From the NCBI GenBank assembly GCA_020536535.1, contig JAHLWZ010000053.1, positions 1-64,000 of the forward strand: 64,000 nucleotides of DNA, read 5' to 3'. The translations under genes were made by a program, and so were the position numbers. The notes under the pieces are model-generated. The model was not told the origin of the DNA. It saw nothing but the letters and a program-made list of their open reading frames with translations, and ran no database searches. Shown here piece by piece: positions 49,501-62,522 of the stretch (within the stretch, counting starts at the first letter, position 1; each line of letters starts with the position of its first letter). This stretch comes from Pelomyxa schiedti (lineage: Eukaryota; Protista; Evosea).

Positions 49501-51143
49501 AAGATCTCCTTACTGCCGAACATATTGCTAGGGATTGCTTCATTCTCAAGCCAGGAGGTTTAGCTATTGAGGGACCCGAATTTGCTAGCATGTCCAAAAA
49601 GCAACAAATTGAAATTTTGCCAAAACTTCAGGTTTTGGCTAGGTCATCCCCCACAGACAAGAAGAACCTAGTCAAACGGTACACTTTTTCCAATTCTTCT
49701 GTCTTTCTAAGCCCCGCAGCTTGATTAAACAAGGTGAAGTTGTTGCTGTGACAGGTGACGGTACAAATGACGTACAGGCATTGAAGAAGGCCGATGTTGG
49801 ACTGGCCATGGGTCTTAGAGGGACGGACATTGCCAAACAGGCTGCAGGTTTTTACTCCATTTCACCATTTTCCACTAAGTAGGACAGACATCGTTATCTT
49901 GGATGACAATTTCAAGTCAATTGTGAAGTCAGTGATGTGGGGAAGAAGTGTCTATGACAACATCAGAAAATTCATCCAATTCCAGCTTACAGTCAATGTC
50001 GTTGCTCTTGCTGTTGTAGCCATTGGAGCTGTAACCCAGAAAGGAGCTTGTTTGAAAGCAATCCAGCTTCTCTGGGTGAATATGATTATGGATACAATGG
50101 CCGCCCTGGCGTTAGGTACTGAGCAACCAACAGCAGCCCTTCTCAAACGCAAACCGTGAGTGGTAGTGAAAAAGGAAATTTTCCGCACTCATCTCCCTTT
50201 AGTTTTGGGCGCTACGACCGACTTATTTCCAATTATATGATACGAAATATCGCTGTTCATGCAACCTATCAGGTAGGGTCTATGTTAAATACTTCGATTT
50301 TTCTGATGTACTGTTTGAAAATAGTTAGCTGTGCTACTTACTCTTCTTTATGCCGGACGGTTCTTCCCTTGGCTGAGTGTGGATTGCGCCTACACTGATG
50401 TAAATGATCCTTTGAGCACGACTCTTACTTCAACCTGCTGTTTGGGTAATCTCACTATTGTCCTCATATCATACCGATCCAAAACCAAGAAAACTCTGAG
50501 GGAGTCGTCTACCCTTCGGATACATATTGCCCTGATGGGGAGCACCGTGCTTTTGACTCCGAGATTAACGAGCAAACTGTGGTACTGCAGACAGTGATAT
50601 TCAACACCTTCGTGTTTTGTCAAGTCTTCAATGAAGTAAACTCCCGTAAAGTCAACAATGGTGTGTTTTGCTTTGAGATGTGAGTTCTGTTAATGCCTCC
50701 CCCAGAGTGGAACGTATGGGAAAAAATTTGGACCAACTGGATGTTCCTACTCATTGTAGGTATTACAGTGGTAATCCAGACACTTATCATTGTATTTGCT
50801 GGAGACTGGATGAGTGTAGCACCTTATCCAGGACTGAATCTTGCACAATGGGTCACTTGTCTCGTGCTTGCAGTTATTACAGTACCTCTAGGTAGGTCGC
50901 CACCTTAGATACTTCATTGGACTTGAATCAACACTAATCCTACAAATAAAAAAAGGGCTGTTGTGCACACAAATACCGGTACCTGCCTATGAACCCAAAA
51001 AGTTCAAAGAAGATGACGGTCCCAGCATCTGGGAAAAATGCAAGGCAAAACTCGGTTTCACTACACCAGAGTCCCAAGTACTTCTGCCACACAAAGACAA
51101 TGACAAAGAGAAAGAGAAAGAGAAGTCGGCAGAGGAACCCTAA
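46563..51143 (+). CDS. PMCA: P-type IIB Ca2+-transporting ATPase (PMCA-like)
   Basis: [82 protein letters not shown]. Confidence 0.96.
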
Positions 51144-51288
51144 AAAAAAAACAAAGAATTGGCACCCTGGGCACAACTAGAATTTTGAAAGCAGTGGTTG
51201 GCGCCACTGTGCTTTCTAATACTTGTTTTTCTTTCTAAATTTCTTTCCTTTACTTTTCATAAAAAAAAACCCTCGAACGCAAAGTAAA

Positions 51289-52860
51289 ATGGACAGTGGG
51301 GCGGCGGCAGTTCCCGAAGAAGCGACAACAGTGGCGGAATCTACGACACAAAAGAACGTGGAATCTCCCTCACCCATGACTACGTCATCGACAGAGGAAG
51401 TACCGGCCAAGGCAGATCCAGAAACTCCAGAGACGGCAGCAACGGCGTCCACTATAACTTCAACGCCTGCTACAGTGGTGATCTCGGGACCTACGCCGGT
51501 CGTTGGAGGAGCGAAGAAGAAGAAGAGGGATTGGACGAGCGATGACTGGCCAGATGTGACGCCGTTGCCTATTTCGGATCCCAATGTACTGAGTCCTGTT
51601 TGTCCCATTGCTTACAATGCGAGATGTGAGTACCTCCCGCTGCACAAGTGCCTCCATGTGAACTAAGTTGTCCTTTCCCTTATGGTTGAATATTAGTTAA
51701 AGAGGTGATGGGCTATTTCCGGGCTGCACTTGCAGTGGACGAGAGAAGCCCTCGTGCTCTTACTCTTACCGCGGAAGTAATAGACTTGAATGCTGCCAAT
51801 TACACTGCGTGGTGAGTAAAATTGTACCCAAAGCAAGCCATTTTGATGTTTTAAATGTCGTGCCACGCAGGTACTATAGACGAAAATTGCTCGAGTCTCT
51901 GGGAACTGACTTACACACAGAACTGGCCTTCATATCCAAAATTGCCGATGGGAACCCTAAAAACTATCAACTGTGGTGAGGCATTAAACTACATTGAACT
52001 CCTGGTTCCTGACTTAACAAACTCAGGTACCATAGGCAAACAATTGTTGAAAAACTTAACGACCCTTCCGGGGAATTTAAGTTTGTTGAGAAATTACTTG
52101 TTGAAGATGGAAAGAACTATCATGCGTGGGCTCATAGGTTTCCCAGAGTGAGGAGGAAAATAAAACTAACAGGTGCACTTCTCTCACAGGCAATGGGTTT
52201 GTGAGAAGTACAACATGTGGAATGGTGAACTTGAGTATATTGATGTACTCCTCAAATTTGATCCCCGCAACAACTCGGCCTGGAACCATAGATACTTTGT
52301 GGTGACAAAAAATGGGCAACCCATAACACCCCAGGTCATTGAACGCGAAATTGATTTTGCCATTCGCCACATAAATCGGGCACCAAACAATCAAAGTCCG
52401 TGGAATTACTTGAAAGGGTGTGTTCCCATCCTTCCTTCCACCTCATGTTAATTCCCTCTAAGAGTTGTCCGACTCGGAGGTGGCTATCAGCATTTTCCCA
52501 AAATAAAAGAATATTGCCAATCTATGTCGCAAAAGTTTCCGGCATGTGCTCACTGCCTCTCTATTCTTGTGGACGTTTTGCAGGAGGAAGGAACTTCAAG
52601 TTTACCACTAGCCCACGAGGTTTGTTGTTCTCCTCCCTTGCCCTTCCCTCACCTCTTCAGACTCTTGTTAAACTTCGTGATTCCGTGGACACAGCACACA
52701 GTCGGTACTGGGAATACAGAATCCAACAACAGAAATTACAGCACCCTTCAGGTTACAATACACAAAAAAAAATTGTACAACTTACGTTGCCACAGAAGTC
52801 ACTACAGAATTACCACCTTCCACAGTCACTGAAACCACCACAACCAAAGGTGACTTGTAA
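51289..52860 (+). CDS. FNTA: Protein farnesyltransferase/geranylgeranyltransferase-I alpha subunit
   Basis: [68 protein letters not shown]. Confidence 0.95.
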
Positions 52861-52908
52861 TCAAAAAGCAAACACATTCAGCTCGAGGGGTTTTTTTTTT
52901 TTGTTTTG

Positions 52909-55900
52909 TTAAAGTAGTCTAACTTGCGTAACTGGAATTCTATCCAAGGGGCATACAAATTGATTGCCATGAGAGTTGTCAATCACTGTCTGTACACAAC
53001 CCTAGCAGAAGAGTTGAAGAAAAAAACCAAGAAAGAGACTTGATACCTTGCACAAACACACGTGGTGGCAGGCTGAGGTCAAATTAGAATTCAGTGAATT
53101 GAAAGAATAAGGAAGCATACGGAGAAGCATGGAGTCTGGTTTGTTTGTCCTACATAAGTGACACACCTAATTGTGGTTTAAAATGGATGATGTGGTGTAA
53201 GGTGTATGAAGAGGTTGTGGGTTGATACCTGCAGTGGAGGTGGTACCACAGGATACACCTGGTATACTTGATATTGTTGTGGTTGAGGCATATTAGGAAA
53301 CTGGAATGCATTGGCAGGGACTTGAAAGGCAGCAGGGACTGCCTGCCGCAGCGGGGTCTGTTGTGTTGTTGGGTGCACTTCTGTTGGCGGCAAAGGTGTC
53401 TGAAGTGGGGGAAGTTGTGGTAGTGCAAGGGGAATGCTGGGGAGAGGTGATACTTGTGGTTGGGGGTCCTGGTGCGGAGCGGGAGGAATCTGAACCTGAA
53501 TTGGTTGTTCGGGAGTTGGAATTGTAGTGTTTTGATCAGAAGGGGGTGGATTTGGAGGTGGGTTTATCGACTGGAAGAGTTTTTCTGCTGCTAACTCAGG
53601 TGGGATACTGATTTAATCGACATTGGGCAACTTAGAAGTAGCAGGGAATACATACATTGCTGTGGATCTTAAAGTGGTAAACGATCTATGCGCACCTTCG
53701 ACAAATTAGCGAAGTTGAAAGTTGAAAGTGTACGGAGCTCACTTCCTGGGGTAACGGGGGTAAGGGGTTTAGGGGGAGCATTTCTTGTCGGTGTTGAGGG
53801 GCATGGGGCGGGCGAGGTGAGTTTTGCATTTCTCACTAGTATTTGCTGTATGTCAAAAGCTGTTTCCATCAGTTCCTAATTCCCGAAGTATTAGAGCGAG
53901 AGTCCTAGACACTCTAAGTTGCCAACCTGAGAATTTTGTGGATTTGTCGCCAGTTCTTTGCTTACATCCATTGCCGGTACCGGAAGCACAGTGACCAGTC
54001 GATTTCTGGGGAAAAAAAAAAACCCGAAGTTGGAATAGTATTAAACGGCGAGCTCCAATTGTACACATACTGTCTCAGGGATGTACTTATCATCTTCATA
54101 CCAGCAATAGTTATATTATTGTCATCCAGAAAAAGTTCAGCAATTTTGGGATGCAACTGAAGGATCTTTCCTACGAGGGCAGCTGCAATGTCACCCGATT
54201 GATGACCACTGAATGAAAGTTTGGAATGTTAGTATTCATAACTTCTAAATAACCTGATATTAAGACTAGTCAAACGGGGGTTACTTAAGACAGCAAATAG
54301 TATGGTAACCAGATCTTGTCGGAAAGGTGCCCTGGTATTGGCAGCCATATGAAGACATTCAATGGGACACTCTGATCCAAGAAGGGTGACCAGACTTTCT
54401 ACAGGCTTCCTATACTTTGCCCTGGGATTGTTGAATGTCAAATTAACATGAGTGGAATAAGTAGTACTTTGGCCTTAAAAAGCTCCTGTTGATGTTGAAA
54501 TTCTTTAGAGTTCGACTTTTCGACAACTGCGAGCAGACAATGGAGAAAGACTCCCAGCTCATTATGGAATCACTTAGATCCAGGGATTCTAGAGACATAA
54601 GAGCATTTTGCTCGTTTATTGTCTGCAGTGGATAACAGAAATCGGTCAACGTGTAGGAGTTTGTGGAAATCACACTCGAAATAGGGGTGTAGGAAGTTTG
54701 GAATCAGATAAGTGTAAATTTCTCAAGCGTTTCATTTTCTTTTCTATAAGAACAATCAAATGGTTCCTTTCACCCTCGTTCAGGCTGGAAAATCCAAGGT
54801 CTAGTTCTCTTTGCCAAATAAGCAAAGGAAACCCAGTTGAGATTCACATAGCATACGTTATTGTGGGGGAATCAAGAAATGCTTCAAAAGCTGGAGAAGT
54901 GCCTTTCATTTTTAGAGTGTTAAGCTGAGATCCAGTTGCCGTCAAAATCGTGTTCAGTGATACAGACGCTACATTACACTCAGTGAGTGAATAAGTAATG
55001 CTATCAACCTTCTTTTGTGATCCTGTTTGGATGTAAGTGGTTGCAGATAAGAGAAAGTGGAGAAACTTATTTCCAGAGATGTCTAATTTCGTCAAGGTAT
55101 TGACGTGGTGTGCCAACTGGATGATAGTTGATAACGATTATTATTCAGTGTTCATACAGCTTCAAGCAATTGATGTGTGCCAGACTTTGTGGCCCCACAA
55201 TTGTGAACATTCAATTCCACTAGGCAATGAGGGTGCTTCTTTAGCAATGCTGCAAGTAATACAAAGCCTTTGTCCTGCTTTATTAGCTCCATTGTGGGAA
55301 AAAAATCTAACTTCAATAGGATTTTCACTAAAATCTAGGAAGTGCAGAGAGCTGGCATCATTTGCAGTAATTGCTTCTATCAGTGGTGCCAATGAAAAAT
55401 TATCTAGTCCACAATGGCTGAGTGTGAGTCTGGTAAGAGTTGAATTGTGCCTAGTTGACATTAGTTAGACAGGGGATAACAATCTAGACGCTTTCTAACT
55501 TGAGCACAAGGGAGAGGGGAATGACTAAATCTCGATGCAGAAGATAGCCAGTTAGGCTAAAGGATGTAAAGTGATTATTATAAACAAGACTGGTAAGAAC
55601 TGGCTGCCAGTACAGTCAGATGACTCAATGGTGGAGGAAAAAAGGAAAAAACCTTCAGTTCTAGTTTGACTGAACCAGTTGCTTTTTTGTTTTTGTCTTA
55701 GTTCATATCAAGAAAAAATGGAGAATACCAGCATTTAAAAAAGGAGTTAAGTTAAAATCACTGAGATCACTGCAGTACACAGAGCAGAGGAATTGGTTTG
55801 GGACTGATTTCATGTATTGGCACATTGTAGTATAGGTAGTGACAAAGCCGCCACACCCATCCACCTCAGGCAAGTCAACTGAACTTATTTACAAAGAGAA

Positions 55901-56611
55901 GCTAGTGGTGCAGTGTACCTGAAGCAAAGATGGTTTGTTTTCTGCAATACAAGTTAAAAAAAAAACAAATAAAAGGAGTTTAAGCTACCTTGACTCTGGT
56001 AGAACGTTAAACTTATAGTAGAAAACTGTTGAGTTTGGAAATTGTTGTTGGAACATGCTGTAGCTCACTGCAATAATATCTTCGACTTTAGTTGTATCCT
56101 GAATATTAAAGGCAATGGAAAAAGAAGCAAAGTCCAGTCCTATCTAAAAAAACAAAACATCAACCCAATAAATAAAAATAGTTACTGGTTACCTCATGTT
56201 CGTTGAGACTTGTAACAGTTCTTATATCCAAAAAATGAGAACAATTAATGATCTATCCAAGTAAACAAGACATTACTCCAAGAATAATTTTGTTGGTTAA
56301 AAACAGCCATGCCTTGAAATTATGGGAGAGCACAAAGAACTTGCACTCGGTTGCCACGAGATACCTGATCACAGACTTCGATTTTGGTTTGGTCGTCTCA
56401 ATTCTCAGTGCCAAGTTGATATTCACTTTGGTTCCCTCGTGTTTTTCAACAACAATTTCCATCGACCCTGGTACATTACGGAGGGAGAAAAAAAAGAGTC
56501 ACGTAACGATCCCAGTAACACTACAATACAACTGTCGCTCCCATAATGAAAGAGTGTCATACGGTAGTCCGGTGGGGAAGCATCAGAAACAACCGAAGGC
56601 TCTGCCATCAC
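52909..56611 (-). CDS. CARMIL-like PH + RNI-type LRR protein with Pro-rich linker and C-terminal RING finger
   Basis: N-terminal ETTKPKSKSVIRYLVATECKFFVL (CARMIL PH-like); LRRs LTRLTLSHCGL, LTKLDISGN, LESLDLSDS; last three exons give VCHLCRTNKPDSMLLPCHHVCLCKGCV...FVCPLDRIPV*. Confidence 0.7.
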
Positions 56612-56813
56612 AACGGTTTATCAATGATAACGCACAAAGAAGAATGGGAAGAATTCCTTCCCTTCGGTGAAGACAGAAACACACTGTTGAGTTGAGCTTT
56701 GGCTCAAAATTTTTTGGATTTTTGTGACTGGTCAAACTGCAGCATTTTTTTGTTTTTTGAAACCCCACACAAAGACAACACTGTGTTGGTGCACATAGGA
56801 GCCGAGGACTGGA

Positions 56814-58559
56814 TTAAAGTCCTCCCCTGGGCTGTGGTTGTTGTACGGGGAAGGCAGCAGCACGTGGAGGATAGGCCATGCGTGGCATGCCCCTGTTGGG
56901 ATTCACCATGGTGGCTCCCTGAGGGAATCCTCCCCTTCTGTTCTGGTTGTTGAGCCCAAGTGCTGCCGGTGTGGCCTTTTGAAGCTTGTCCTCCAACTTT
57001 TTGTTGTAGTTGGCAATAGCAATGGCAGCAGCTACGGCATCAGCGGCTGCTGTCCCTGGTGGGGGTGCGGTAGCTGCGCTGAGGTCGGCAACGACTTTAG
57101 CGTGAAGAGCGACGTTGGGGGATCCAGGGGTGCCTGTGGCGTCTTTGCGGATTGGTTTGCCATTCCTGTCGGTTGGTGCTTTTGGCTTCTCACTATGAGG
57201 AGTGGGTAAGCAACAATAGGAACCTTCTATTTGGTACAAACTTTTTCTTGATGGTCCTAGCAACTGGGGCTGGTCTGCTGCGTGCAACGAGTTCAGCAGC
57301 ACTCAATTTTTCTTGAGGAAGATAAGGGACAAATCATAGTGGGAAGGCACGTTACCTTTAGTGGCTGGGGCAGTCGTGGTTGTGACTGGTGTTGGTACCT
57401 GGGCTGGGGTCTGAACGGGGGTTGCAACTACTGGAACTGTAGGAGGAGCAACGACCGGGGTAATTGGAGTTGCAGGAACAACGGGTGCTGGGGCTGGGGT
57501 TGCTGGTGTAGTAACGACGGGAGTTGGAGCTGGTGCCTGAATTTGAGTTGGTGTTTGTGTGGGGGGGAGAGTGGGTTGCTTGACTTCAGGTGCAGGAGCG
57601 GGTTTCTCCTCGACGTGAGGCTTAGGTGCTGCCACAGCTGGAGCAGCCACCTGAGAGGCGGGAGTTTCCACTTTACCCTTTGAGAAGTGAGATTACTGCC
57701 CAGACAGGAAACAAAAAAAGAATTGCAAGGGTACCAGGAGTTCCTTAGACTGGAACAGAACGTTAACTGTGTGTGCAATGCGATCGTCTGTATTTCTGTG
57801 AGTAGAAGTAAAGAAGGAATGGGGAATTGACTTTTAGTGGTGCACATCTGGGTCAGGGCTTTCTGGGATTCGGCAAGTTTCTCCTCAGCAGTGCGGGGAA
57901 TGGCATTCTTTGACAGCAATCCAGCAACAAAGTGCCTAAGAGCCTCAACATCACTTTCCTTAAGGGTCCCAGGAAGAGTGGTGAGATTGCGGGACAGGGA
58001 CTCAACAAGAAGAAGCTTCAAGAGGAAAACTTCGTGGTGTTTTTTCTGGTCATTTTCCTGGAAAAGAGAATTTGAGAAAATTAGGTCCAAGAAAGATATT
58101 ACAAAGTGGTACCTTGTGGTAAGCCTTCAAAACCTGGTCCCTGACGCGCTCCAAGGTTGAAGCTGTCATCTCAAGAGAGTCCTTGGATGCCACAAGGGTG
58201 CGCTCCTCTGTGCTGAGAGCACTCAAAGCCTTCCCCTCCTTGCGCATCTTCTCCTCTAGACCAACAATGCGTCCCAAACTCCCACGAACGGAGCGAATCT
58301 CCTTGGAAACAAGCTGGACGTAGAGGTTGCCAAAAACATCTTCGTTTTCCAACTCGAAATCGGGCTCTTTGTGTGCTGCAGCTGTTGAAGCTGGTGCTGC
58401 CGCGGATTTTGCAACTGGGGCTGGTTGTGTTGCCGCGGTTTGGGCTGGGGCGACGGCGGGAGTCGAAGTTGCGGGAGTGGCGTTGCTCGCGGGAACATTT
58501 TTTTTTGTGATGTTGACGGAGGGCTTTTTGGCGGGCTGTTTGGTAGTTTGTTGCTGCAT
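56814..58559 (-). CDS. Coiled-coil, Pro/Ala-rich protein with Arg/Gly-rich tail, weakly Caprin-like
   Basis: VSKEIRSVRGSLGRIVGLEEKMRKEGKALS..EERTLVASKDSLE resembles the Caprin HR1-type helix; tail NNQNRRGGF...PRGGL*. Confidence 0.45.
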
Positions 58560-58952
58560 TTTTTAAGTGTCGCTTTTCCGGTGGGGTAAAATCGAAAGGA
58601 GAGATCCCTTTGACTTTTTGGTTTTTTTTTGTTGTTGTGGAGTTTCTTTTTTGAACTCTCTGCCAACGCGAACGCAGAGATGCACGGCCTGTGGTTGTTT
58701 TTACACAAACTGAAAAAAAAGGCGTCTGTAAAAGGAGGGAGGGAAAAAAAAATCCTACTGTGAGGTCAATCCACAATTGCATAGGTCAAAGCTAACCAAA
58801 ATGCCAAGCCAACCACAGAACCAGGTTGGTGCGCCCTTTCGCTGAGACTCGTGTCCCACGGGGGTCACCAATCCCCTGCCTGGAAATTAAGCTGTCAACT
58901 TCAGCCATCACAGACCATAAAAAAATAAAAAACCCCACGGCCACACCCACAC

Positions 58953-61753
58953 ATGAACAGCAGTACTACGCCCGGCGTCGGGCCTCAGCCAGGCCGGACG
59001 CAAATGACGCCTAATATGCCCCCTCAGTCGAGGCAGCAGCAGATGCAGCCCCAGCAGGGGTACCGACAGACACACCCGTATCACCAGCAGCCACAGCACC
59101 AGCTACAACAGCTACAACAGCAACCACAGCACGGCGTTAACACCAACAACGTTATGGCGTACCACAATCAGTACAACCAACACCATCCACAGCAGCAGAT
59201 GCAACAACTGCAGGCTCCCCATAGACAGCAACAGCAACAGCAACAACCGGTTATTGTTGCCCACCAAGGTGCCCCGCAGCAGGTTGTACAGTACCACCAA
59301 TTGCAGCACGGTGGTGCCCCGCACTATCACCATATGCCACAGGCCTCTGCCACAACACCCCCACTGCCCCAGCAAGCCGTTACGAGCACCCCGGCGCCAG
59401 CTCCTCCTTCTGCACCACTGCTGCCGCATCCGCGCAGTAACAAATGGTGCCATTTCCCTCGTGAAATACTGGAGGCAGTGTATCAGAAAAGTGGAAACGT
59501 GAAGGAGGAGATTGCGCTCAGACGATCCACTTGTGCGTTCTTGCAAGAAGCCGGCATGGCTCTCAAATTGTGCCTATCCAACCAAATCACTTGTTCCTTA
59601 TTGTGTTTTGTGCCTTTCTACTGTGACGCCTATGTACTGACTTCTGACATACTTTTTAGCCCCCAAAACACAATAGCGACTGCAATAGTTTACTTCCATA
59701 GATTTTTTGCTCGGGTGTCAATACTCTCATATGATCGCTATGTCAGTATAATAGTATATTTTTACATATTGAGCCATTGCAGAGTCTTGCGATAAGTGCT
59801 TTATTCCTTGCAGGAAAAGTGGAAGAGACAACAAGTAAACTTAAAGACGTGGTATGTTCCACATATAGGATGCTGCACAAGACAGATTTGAAAGTTAATA
59901 GCGCGGTATTTTGCCCCTTTTCCTTTTGGATACTAATTAATACTAAAAGGAATTTGTCGAGGAAAGAGACAAAATTCTCAGTACAGAACAGCTATTACTT
60001 CAACGGCTTGCCTTCGACCTCACTGTTGACCACCCTTATAAGACATTGATGAAGTACGTGAAAAAAATCAATGGTTTGACCCTGGCATATACCTTTTTAT
60101 TCCTAATTGAGCTAGGAAATCGTCAGCTTGCACAAGTTGCCTGGAACTTCATAAATGACAGTTTACGTACAACTTTGTGCTTGCAATTCCCCTCACAGCA
60201 CATTGCTACCGCTGCTCTATATTTAGCTTCACGAGTCCTTGGGATTGACCTATCTCATGGAAGAGAATTAACATCACTTTTTGATTGCCCCATTGAGCAG
60301 TTAGATGGTAAATAATATTCCCATTCGCCTGCTGATCCCTTTCAGATATATCCGAGCAAATCCTCGCCTTATACGATGAGTATCCAAATAAATCAAATGT
60401 AGACACATTCTACTTAATTAATTTCCTAAATACTGTTAGCAGGGAAGAATTAGTGGTTCACCACATACACCTCCCAAATCCCCAACACCACATGGGAAAC
60501 CTGAACTTTCCCCATCCACGAATGATACCTCACACCACTCCAGCACACATTCACTAGCAACACCAGATGCCGGTTCCCCTATACCAACCCCTGCCAAGGT
60601 TTCACCAAATTCTGGTGATGCCCATGTAAACAGATCTCCAACGCACCCATCGTCACTGCAGACCCAAACAATCAAGCAAGAACCAGCAACAATAATCAAG
60701 ACAGAAGTCAAAACTGAACCTGTGACCTTGACAACAGATAGCATCATAAAGAAAGAACCGCCTAACATCAAGCAGGAATATGAACCCATCAAACAAGAGA
60801 ATACCCTTATCAAACCAGAGCATACACATGCACCTTCGCTCACTAATACTAACACTCTTACACTTCCTCAAATGCCTCTTGCTGAGTCGAAAGTGAAAGT
60901 TGAGACTCTTCAGCAGGGGAACCAATCGACAACCATTGCACCACAAACAGACATGTATATGCAAAGTTCAGTACCTGCACACAGCCAGATACCAACACCA
61001 TACGGAATCCCGCAACCTCCCCAAGGTGCTGCTGCACCTAAACTCCCTCCTGTCCCCCCGTCAACCGCTCCACCCCCACCCCCGCCTCTACCCCCACTCC
61101 CTCTGGTCACAGCTCCTCGAGCCCCACCGACATCTCCTATGTCACCAGGTCCTTGTAACCTATCTGAGACTTCCTCCAGCAATCAAAATGACAAAATCAC
61201 TTCAGGGACTTCCAGGCCTACTGAAGATGCAAGTGGGGCTGCCTCAAGCAGCTCGGCTTCACTTCCAGTGTCTAGCACTGCTAGTACAGGAGAAACCCAG
61301 GCCAGTGATGGGAAGGAAAGGCACCACAGCCACAGTCACGAGCGGGAACGCACTTCAAGAGACCGAGACTGCAGAGACCACAGAGACCACAGGTCTGACA
61401 AACGAGACTATGCTCACCGGGAGTACAGGGACCACAGATCATATGGAGATTATAGGGATCACAGAGATCACAGAACTGACCGCTACCGAGAGAACCCAAG
61501 AGGCCGGGATGGATACAGAGACCGAGGGAGAGAGAAAGAGAACTACGACAGGGACAGAGGCCGGGATAGAGACAAGGAACACGAGCACCACGAGAACAGG
61601 GACAAAAGCAAGTCCAGCTCTGTGGAACCCAGTTCAATCCCTGCACCCCCCACACCCCCTCCTCCAACAGTAGCCCCTCCTCCGCCATCAGAAACATCCA
61701 CTACACCTGCAACCACCAAACAACCCGCAGACCACCGTTTCCACCCGTACTAA
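58953..61753 (+). CDS. Cyclin T/K-like transcriptional cyclin with polyQ N-terminus and Pro/RD-rich tail
   Basis: RRSTCAFLQEAGMALKL, TIATAIVYFHRFF, LFLAGKVEE, EQLLLQRLAFDLTVDHPY, AWNFINDSLRTTLCLQF..IATAALYLA. Confidence 0.9.
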
Positions 61754-62522
61754 GAAGGAAAAATACAAACAAACAAAACCAACATGCCAATAAACCAACT
61801 GGTGCACATCAATCACTTGCAGCAAAGCAAACACCGCAACAAGGCGCTGCGCGTCAATTAAGAGCAAGGTCGAGAATTCCGGTTATTCTCCTTGCTTCTC
61901 TTGCGCAACAGCCTTTCTGTACCGGAATGCAAAGTTCTTCTCCGTATGAGCTTGAGGGATTCCAAAATGGAAGGTTCAATCCAGTTTTCGCCACCCAGTA
62001 AAAAAGAAAAAAAATACAATATCAAAAACCCACCCGAGAGGTGTGCATTGTTCAATCCAGACGAAAGTTAAAAACTTAAGCAAAATAAAAAAAAAATCAA
62101 CACACCACAGCAACTCAGCTCAGGGTGTTGTGCCATTATTCAATCCGTTCCAACCGAACGAGGACCTTGTGCCATTCCCTCAGTCCTTTTTTTGGCCTCA
62201 GTCTTTGTGCATTGCAGCTAAGCTGTTTTGGTTGCTTCGTTTGAGGACAAGCCATCAACAACCCCCAGGCAAAAAAAATTAAAAGCCCTGACTAGCTCCT
62301 GGTGGCACGAAACTAAAAAAACCAAAAAACCCAACCTCCAAAAAAAAAAAAAACCGCTAGCAAAATTGCTTGACTGGATAGAAGTAGCCACTATAGTGGA
62401 AAAGCACCACAAAGAGCACACTACCAACCACCACCAGAAACAGCACTCTATCCTGTCGACAGCATTATACTACTGTTGTGCATTGGTATTGGTCTGGGAC
62501 ATAGCCAAGAAAAACAGGGCTG

